Part shown: positions 57,459-64,000 of the stretch, one piece after another
Layout: each line of letters begins with the position of its first letter
How positions within the stretch are numbered: position 1 is the stretch's first letter
Virus record (IMG/VR): IMGVR_UViG_3300037042_004000
Coordinates: 10,323 to 74,322 of that record
Direction: 5' to 3' (one strand)
Origin: a virus
DNA length: 64,000 bases
Translations under genes and position numbers: made by a program
Notes under the pieces: model-generated
The model's database searches: none
What the model was told of the DNA's origin: nothing
The model's input: only the letters and a program-made list of their open reading frames with translations

Positions 57459-58013
57459 TTTGCATTTGTATAAATATTTTTCGTAACAAAATTCAGCTTC
57501 ATTGACATCACTTGGCAATAGTTCATCCAAAGGTTGGGAAAAAACATTAGGATTATGTACAAAGGATTCTTTTAATTCTAGGTATTTCTTAATTAATGGC
57601 AAACCAACTCCAGACACCATATCAGCCCAAGTTAATAAAACGGCATCTGGCGTCATTCTGAACATCTCATAAATTCTTCTTATTCTTAAACAATAGTGGG
57701 TTATCGCTGTCTTTAAATCATAAGAACTAACAAGTAAATTGATGGTTGGTTTGGCTGGACGAATTACATAAATAAATTTGCAAATTTTATATAAATGTTT
57801 GCAAGTAAATGAAGTGTTGGAAATTAAATGGTCTCCGTAATAAAAACCACTGTGATCTGACTCTCTATTTTTAAATAATGGTTCTAAATCTAAAGGATTT
57901 TCATATTTATATTGCGAATTAGATATGCGCAGTCTAGAATGTTGATTGAGAATAGATATCAATCCTAAAGACCCAGACTCTAAATGACTAACAATAAATA
58001 CTACATTTTTCAT
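57420..58013 (-). CDS. Sulfotransferase-fold protein, degenerate
   Basis: FIVSHLESGS..L..IL..H, KFIYVIRP pattern; PAPS-binding residues altered. Confidence 0.6.
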   Translation of the reverse strand: MKNVVFIVSHLESGSLGLISILNQHSRLRISNSQYKYENPLDLEPLFKNRESDHSGFYYGDHLISNTSFTCKHLYKICKFIYVIRPAKPTINLLVSSYDLKTAITHYCLRIRRIYEMFRMTPDAVLLTWADMVSGVGLPLIKKYLELKESFVHNPNVFSQPLDELLPSDVNEAEFCYEKYLYKCKLIVDSNWRRIRN

Positions 58014-58062
58014 AATCGACACCACTAACTATATTATATGATAGTTATTAAGGGGAAATAAT

Positions 58063-61000
58063 ATGATGGTAGTTTGGGCCGACCTATATAAGTCATGGAG
58101 TTACGCCCTTCGCCAAGGGCCGATTGAAAAACAGACTCGTTCACAGCAAATTTCTGGTGCTGGTGTCACACAGCCTGAAGCTATTCCCGATATACGTCAA
58201 GATGGTTCTTTCTGGGGTGGTGGTCGTGGTTTAATCCGTTTAAGAGATACTAATGATTTTATAGACCTATCATCAGTTACTAATCGTCAATCTCGTTATA
58301 AAGAATACGAAAGATTAAGATCCGTACCAGAAATAGAAATGGCTATGAATGCTTATGCTGATGAAGCTTGCTTGGCAGGTCATACCATTATTCATACGCC
58401 GTTCTATGGTCCGCAAACAATTCGTTGGTTGGCAGAACACCATGCAGGAGAACGATTCTTAGTCTATTGTTGGGATTTTGAAAAAGAAGATTTTACTTTG
58501 GGCTGGGCATCCAATCCTCATAAGGTAAAAACTTGTAAAACAATTAGAGTTAAATTAAGTGATGGCTCTACATTTTCTGCCACGCCAGACCATCGTGTTT
58601 TATTGTCTAATTTGGAATGGATACAAGCAGGTGAGCTTAAAAATGGTGATGAATTACTTGCTTTTATTAAAGTGCTGCCAAAACAATGGGTCAATGATAA
58701 GAAAAAGATAAAAACTAATCAATTTCCAAGAATCTATACCCATCAAGACGGCTGGAAACATGAAAGAAGATTTATTGATGAGTGGAGAACTGGAGCCAAA
58801 GATCCACACCAAGTAGAATTGCAAAAAGGTATGCGATTGGTCGCCCAAGGTGTTCCCGTAAATGATTGTCCAAAATTTATAAAACATGAATGGAAAACCG
58901 TAGAATCTTGGATGCACAAAGAAGGCTTTACTTTACAAGAAGTAAGGATGTTAGAGAATTATCCTAAATCTCATAGAGTTATCGCTGTAGAAAAATGGAC
59001 TGAAATGGATGTCTATGATATGTCTGTAGAAAAACATATGAATATGTGCGGTGAATCCGTAGTGTTTCATAATTGTCAAAAAGGTGAAAACGGACACGTC
59101 TTTCGTATAACTTGTGATAATGAAGAAGTTCAAGAAGAATTAGAATGGTTGTTCTTTAATAGAAAAATGTTGAATATTGATGACCCAGGTGTTGGTTGGA
59201 ATTGGTTTAAACGGCTTTGCATTAATGGTGATGTGTTTCTTGAAGCTATTATGAATACAGATAATCCTAAAGATGGTATCCTTAAACTTTTAGAACTTCC
59301 ACCTGATAGTATGTTTCGTATCGAAACAACTAAAGCTAGATTGGTTGAATTTCAACAAAGTAAAGAAGGACCAGATTATCAATCACTGACTCGTGCGCCT
59401 GTTACTAGTGCTACAGAAGCAGATTTAATGCAAACAACGGCCCTTAGATTTACAGCAGAACAAATTATTCATATTAGATTGGGGGATGATAGAAAAACAT
59501 TTTATCCATATGGCGTAAGCCTTGTAGAAGCTGCAAGAGGACCAGCACATCAGTTGAGATTGATGGAAGATAGTATGGTGATCTATCGTTTGTGCTTGGT
59601 AGGAGATACTAGAGTCCGTACAAAGAATGGTTGGAAATATATTAAAGATTTGAAGATAGGCGATGATGTATTCAGCTACATTGTTTCCAATAACGAAATA
59701 ATTAATGCCAAGGTTGTAGCACATAAAAATAATGGAGTGCAGAAAACATATACTGTTTCTTCTAAACACATCCAAATAACGGGTAATGAAACTCACCCTA
59801 TTTTGATAAATCGAGATGGAACAATTAAGTATGTGTTGATAAAGGATCTAATCCCTGGCAAAGATAAGTTAATAACTGTTACGCAAGATGAGGAAGTACC
59901 TATAAAAATTCCAAGTATTTTTGGAGAAAAATGGGCCAAAATTAGTTCGATTCAAAGAACCGTTTTCAGAAATTCTATTTATGAAAATAAATTGGAATTA
60001 ATGAGAAAATGCGGAAATATAGGTAGAATTAGACAATTTTTATATACTGAAGGCAAAGCACTACCTTTAGAGCAAGCATTGAAGATTTGTGATACTTTCG
60101 ATTTAGACTCAGATCAATTAGAAATTGTTAATAAAGGACAAGTTAATTCAGAAAGAATAAATCTTCCAGAATATGTGGACGAAGAGTTCGCTCGTCTGTT
60201 CGGATTTTTAATTGGTGATGGAAGCATACGAGCAGAAGGTATTGGTTACGCCAATTCATTAAGATTTGCTGGTGGTGTTGATGAAGAACAAAATCAGTAT
60301 TATGCTGGCTTGCTAGAAAAATATTTTGGCAAAGTGAGATTTGATGAAGATAAAAGGTCTGCAAAGAAATTGGGCAATTATACAGTAGATTCTCAAATTG
60401 CTTGTCGTGTCTTTTTAGAAATGGGTTATATTCCTGGTGCTAAAAATAAGAGAATTCCAGATTGGGTATTCACTGCTTCAAAAAGTATTCGTAGAGCATT
60501 TGTAGAAGGTATCTCGGATGCTGATGGTTGTGAGCGATATACAAAAGCAGGAACTTGGTTCTCTACAATTGAAATTTGTAATCAAAAATTAACAGGAGAT
60601 ATTAAAGAAATTTGGTCATCTATTGGTTTGTGTTCTGGGAAATTAGGCCACAGAAAAAGAAAAGGTGGGCATGAGATAGAACCTGGACGCAAGATGAAAC
60701 CAACAGAAAGTTTTTTTGTAACAATTTCTGATTGTGAATTACCAAAATATGAAAATGTGCTTTCTGTAGAATTTGCTAAAGAACAAGAAGTTTATGATGT
60801 TACAGTTGATAATAGCAACGAAAACTTCATTGCAAACAATACAATCGTACACAATACTAGAGCCCCTGAGCGTAGAGTATTTTACATTGATGTTGGTTCA
60901 CTTTCTCCTGCAAGAGCCGAAGGATTCATGGAGCGAGTCAAGGATCAATTCAGGAAAAAGAAAGTTGCAACGGCAACCGCTAAGAGTGCTTCAGGTGGAG

Positions 61001-61878
61001 CTAGTTCGGTAGAAGAACGATGGCACCCACCCGCTGCCGATGAAGATTTCTGGTTACCGATTAGACCGAATTCTAATACAAGAATTGAGACATTGCCAGG
61101 GGCGGCCAATCTTGGCGAAATAGATGACGCTCTATATTTTAGGAACAAGTTATTTATTGCATTAAACATACCTAAAAATTATTTTGCCAATGAAGATCCA
61201 CAATCAACTAGAATTAGCTTGTCTGCACAAGATGCAAGATTTGCCAGAGTGGTTGAGAGATTGCAAGCTAGTTTTGAAAGATCATTGGCTCAGATTGCGG
61301 AACTACATTTAAGACTTCTTGGTGTTCCTGATGAGGATTATGAAGACTTACAAATTCATATGACTCCTCCAAGTAATTGGCAGGAACTAAGTCGTAATGA
61401 AATTATTACCAATAGAATCAATAATGCAAATGGTCTTAAGGGTTCCATGTTAATGTCAGATTTTGATATCTTGACAAAGTTTATGCAATATTCTGAAGAG
61501 GATGCCCAAAAAATGATAGCTCGCATGAGAATTCAGAAACTTGAAGACTTCAAACTGCAAGTGTTGGCTCAAAATCCGCAACTATTGGGTGTAGGCACAC
61601 CTGGACCTAATGAGACAGAGATGGGTGCTGCTCCTGGTGGACCTGCTCCTATGCTTGGTCCAGATATGGGTGGCATGGGCGCACCACCTCCAATGGGCGC
61701 TCCTCCTGGTGGACCACCGCCGATGCCCGCTGGCGCTCCACCAATGCCACCACCCGCCAAATTAATTTCTGGATCAATGGCAGAACCAACACCTGAAGAA
61801 ATTAAGAAATATGACCTTGATATCAAGAGTTATGATTCTGAAATGGATGCTGAAGAAGTTGATTTTAGCGAGGCATAA
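58063..61878 (+). CDS. Portal protein (T4 gp20-like) with two inteins
   Basis: PEIEMA...YADE, LMEDSMVIYR|TRAPERRVFYIDVG, EDFWLP, IETLPG. Confidence 0.95.
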   Translation: MMVVWADLYKSWSYALRQGPIEKQTRSQQISGAGVTQPEAIPDIRQDGSFWGGGRGLIRLRDTNDFIDLSSVTNRQSRYKEYERLRSVPEIEMAMNAYADEACLAGHTIIHTPFYGPQTIRWLAEHHAGERFLVYCWDFEKEDFTLGWASNPHKVKTCKTIRVKLSDGSTFSATPDHRVLLSNLEWIQAGELKNGDELLAFIKVLPKQWVNDKKKIKTNQFPRIYTHQDGWKHERRFIDEWRTGAKDPHQVELQKGMRLVAQGVPVNDCPKFIKHEWKTVESWMHKEGFTLQEVRMLENYPKSHRVIAVEKWTEMDVYDMSVEKHMNMCGESVVFHNCQKGENGHVFRITCDNEEVQEELEWLFFNRKMLNIDDPGVGWNWFKRLCINGDVFLEAIMNTDNPKDGILKLLELPPDSMFRIETTKARLVEFQQSKEGPDYQSLTRAPVTSATEADLMQTTALRFTAEQIIHIRLGDDRKTFYPYGVSLVEAARGPAHQLRLMEDSMVIYRLCLVGDTRVRTKNGWKYIKDLKIGDDVFSYIVSNNEIINAKVVAHKNNGVQKTYTVSSKHIQITGNETHPILINRDGTIKYVLIKDLIPGKDKLITVTQDEEVPIKIPSIFGEKWAKISSIQRTVFRNSIYENKLELMRKCGNIGRIRQFLYTEGKALPLEQALKICDTFDLDSDQLEIVNKGQVNSERINLPEYVDEEFARLFGFLIGDGSIRAEGIGYANSLRFAGGVDEEQNQYYAGLLEKYFGKVRFDEDKRSAKKLGNYTVDSQIACRVFLEMGYIPGAKNKRIPDWVFTASKSIRRAFVEGISDADGCERYTKAGTWFSTIEICNQKLTGDIKEIWSSIGLCSGKLGHRKRKGGHEIEPGRKMKPTESFFVTISDCELPKYENVLSVEFAKEQEVYDVTVDNSNENFIANNTIVHNTRAPERRVFYIDVGSLSPARAEGFMERVKDQFRKKKVATATAKSASGGASSVEERWHPPAADEDFWLPIRPNSNTRIETLPGAANLGEIDDALYFRNKLFIALNIPKNYFANEDPQSTRISLSAQDARFARVVERLQASFERSLAQIAELHLRLLGVPDEDYEDLQIHMTPPSNWQELSRNEIITNRINNANGLKGSMLMSDFDILTKFMQYSEEDAQKMIARMRIQKLEDFKLQVLAQNPQLLGVGTPGPNETEMGAAPGGPAPMLGPDMGGMGAPPPMGAPPGGPPPMPAGAPPMPPPAKLISGSMAEPTPEEIKKYDLDIKSYDSEMDAEEVDFSEA
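58369..59073 (+). mobile_element. Intein 1 (235 aa, no LAGLIDADG)
   Basis: A|CLAGHT...ATPDHRV...VYDMSV...FHN|C. Confidence 0.92.
59593..60855 (+). mobile_element. Intein 2 (421 aa) with LAGLIDADG endonuclease
   Basis: L|CLVGDT...GFLIGDG...EGISDADG...VYDVTV...VHN|T. Confidence 0.94.
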
Positions 61879-62012
61879 TATGACATGCGTTGACAAGTGT
61901 TTTGTGGGAATGACAAAAGAAGAGTTTGCCTTATAGTTTTTCGTATCGGCAACAACCCCAGACTGGCGAAGTGTGAATTACCCTCCCACAAAAGGAGGAT
62001 TTCCAAGCTAAC

Positions 62013-63216
62013 TTAACTGCTTGCCAATGTGGCAAGACTTACACTAGAACTCACTTGGCTATCTCCTGTATTCCCCAGGTTCATCATTCTTAAACCTTCG
62101 TTTAAGATGTTTTTACTAGCATTATAATCTCTATCCTGGTTAGCAAAACAACTCCAACAAGTCCATTCTTTTTCTTCCCCTAAATCTTTATTCTGCCATC
62201 CACACTCTGAACAAAGTTGGGAAGAAGGAAACCAACGATCTATTTTAATTATTTGCCTTATACATCAACTTTTGAACAAATGAATAAAAACAACAATCGT
62301 TTAATTGTCGATGAAGGGATTTCTCCTTCCACCTTGGTTGTTTTCTTTGTTCTGGGTCTTTGTTTTTCAGCATTGACTTTACACTCAAATCTTCAATAAT
62401 AATGATTTGGTTCTCATCAATTATTTTTTTAGATATTTTGTGTAAGAAATCTTCACGAATATTACTTTGTTTTAACTTTAATTTATTTAACGCTAATTTT
62501 GCTTTGTTTCTTCGATTGCTTCCTTTGGTTTTTCTACTTACTGCTCTTGCAAGGAAGCGTTCTCTTGCTTTATACATTATTGTGGCTGGACGAGGGTTAG
62601 CGTATCTTTCATCTTCACTACTTACAATATATTGAACATTTAGATCTAAACCTACAATTTTAGTTATTTTTGGTAATTCTTCTATTTCTTTTTCACAAGT
62701 AATAGAAACATAATATTGATTAGCTTTGTTTTTACTAATTGTAGCAAACTCAATTTCGCCTTCTAATGGACGATGGAGAACAATTGGTATGCCTTCACGA
62801 AACTTTGCTATACTTAACTTATTGTCTTTTATTTTAACATCTTGAGGAACACGAAAACTTTGTTTTTTATGTTTTTTCTTAAATTTAGGAAATCCGCACT
62901 TACCCTTCCACTTGCCTTGTTTTTTTAACTTACACTTCTCAAAAAAATTATCAAATCCATTTTGTAAACATCGGGCTGCGTATTGAAGTGATTGACTTCC
63001 TACTTCTTTCAACCATTCGTATGTTTTCTTTAATTCGGGGATTGATTTGGTGTTGTCGTAAAAATTTAATGATTTGTGTTCACTTTTGTAAGCATCAATA
63101 CGATTACGAAGAAATTCATTATATAAAAACCTTGTATGACCAAAATGTTTGGCTAAAAGTATTTGTTGCCTCTCTGTTGGATATAACCTATATTTATAAG
63201 TAAATTGATGCTTCAT
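62013..63216 (-). pseudogene. tnpB: TnpB RNA-guided endonuclease, frameshifted near 62250
   Basis: YKYRLYPT, GLDLN, IEDL; continuation in another frame [15 protein letters not shown]...WTCWSC...[10 protein letters not shown]. Confidence 0.9.
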
Positions 63217-63380
63217 TTAATGGGTTTAGTTGCCTTTTTAATTGGATAAACTTGTTCTAATGCCTCTCTTATAAGGTCAGAAAGCGTTAGGTTTTCATTT
63301 CGTTCAAGAGACAAGCGGTGAGACATTTGTGTTAAATGTTCTGCTTGTTCATCTTCAAAATTGACACATATCTTTTTCAT
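63213..63380 (-). CDS. Ribbon-helix-helix protein coupled to tnpB
   Basis: MKKICVNF...LSDLIREAL; ATGA overlap. Confidence 0.75.
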   Translation of the reverse strand: MKKICVNFEDEQAEHLTQMSHRLSLERNENLTLSDLIREALEQVYPIKKATKPIK

Positions 63381-63571
63381 ACTATAATTATATAGTAATC
63401 TAATTATATTTTTCAAGATTATTTTTGAATTATTTTCACTTATTTTAGTTGCGGGCATTCATCCCCTACCACAAGGGTTTGACCTAGTTCGCATTATTCA
63501 CTCGCTCCGTTCGTTCATATCGCTCACAGGTCAAACATCAGAGATGTAAAGGTTTTCTGCCCGCACGACCT

Positions 63572-63716
63572 ATAAAGAAAGCCTCCATTTCTAGCAATAG
63601 CACGAAATAAATCCCATCTTCCTGTGTTTTGCAAATAAACAGCAGTGGGAAATTTGCCTGATTTTTTCCAAATAACATTTATTTCATTAATTATTTATTT
63701 CGTTCCATTTATTCAT
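63572..63716 (-). pseudogene. Remnant of a gene interrupted by the IS (possibly homing-endonuclease-associated repeat)
   Basis: MNKWNE / frameshift / GKFPTAVYLQNTGRWDLFRAIARNGGFLY ends at the IS left end. Confidence 0.45.
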
Positions 63717-63865
63717 GTTTCATCATTTTCTACATATTCAACAATAAGCTCCCTCACAACTTCTGAAACTGTTTTATATCTTTTCTTACATTTTTTTTGT
63801 AATTTTTCAAATAATGAGGGATGAACTCTAATATTAATGTCTCTTGTTACTTTTTCTTTTTCCAT
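63713..63865 (-). CDS. Ribbon-helix-helix protein (50 aa)
   Basis: Not in ORF track; INIRVHPSLFEKL...TVSEVVRELI; TTGAAA-17-TATAAT upstream. Confidence 0.8.
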   Translation of the reverse strand: MEKEKVTRDINIRVHPSLFEKLQKKCKKRYKTVSEVVRELIVEYVENDET

Positions 63866-64000
63866 ATAATATTATATAGTGTCCTACATTATTTTTCAAC
63901 AAAAAAATATTTATTTTATGAGAAATTATTCTTTTGTTCTCAATGCCGTTGATGCAGCTGATGATGAAAAAGTGCCAAGATATTTATAATCATTAAGCTC

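Larger units (their letters stand above)
61973..63571 (-). mobile_element. Non-autonomous IS200/IS605-family element (RHH + tnpB, no tnpA)
   Basis: Right-end hairpin CCTCC-TTTTGTG-GGAGG then TAATTCAC; left-end GCGGGCA/TGCCCGC stem preceded by TTTAT; exact ends inferred. Confidence 0.72.

Noticed and set aside
61880-61972. tRNA/tmRNA-like RNA after the portal gene
   Set aside because: No cloverleaf, T-loop or CCA end found; probably residual IS flank
1-64000. Stop-codon reassignment
   Set aside because: Long conserved genes are intact in code 11, and TAA, TAG and TGA all end genes at tight junctions
1-64000. Archaeal virus (TATA-like motif, volactin-like gene)
   Set aside because: TATATA is 4-7 nt from ATG rather than about 25 nt from a TSS; sigma70-type promoters and a class II CCA-like enzyme point to a bacterial host

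Overview
AT-rich 64 kb segment of a large T4-like (contractile-tailed) phage genome, standard genetic code; no tRNA, rRNA or CRISPR array seen. Left to right: a leftward early operon with split CoA-biosynthesis genes (coaB, partial coaC) separated by a Ser/Trp-repeat micro-ORF; a tandem lectin-like pair, Hsp20 and a catalytically degenerate CCA-adding-enzyme homologue; a tail/baseplate cluster (gp2-like end protector, tape measure, tube initiator, gp53/27/5/25/6/7-like, three paralogous appendage proteins) interleaved with glycosyltransferase-like genes; a volactin-like actin module; primase, HNH endonuclease, Cas4-like nuclease and proteases; large terminase; a portal with two inteins; and a decayed RHH+TnpB IS200/IS605 element. 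The strongest cross-cutting signals are (i) a palindromic TATATA core 4-5 nt from start codons that serves divergent gene pairs, (ii) about ten unrelated proteins with an N-terminal motif resembling the T4 capsid-targeting sequence, and (iii) repeated loss of catalytic residues in enzyme-fold genes. All family calls are by eye from motifs; no database search was run.
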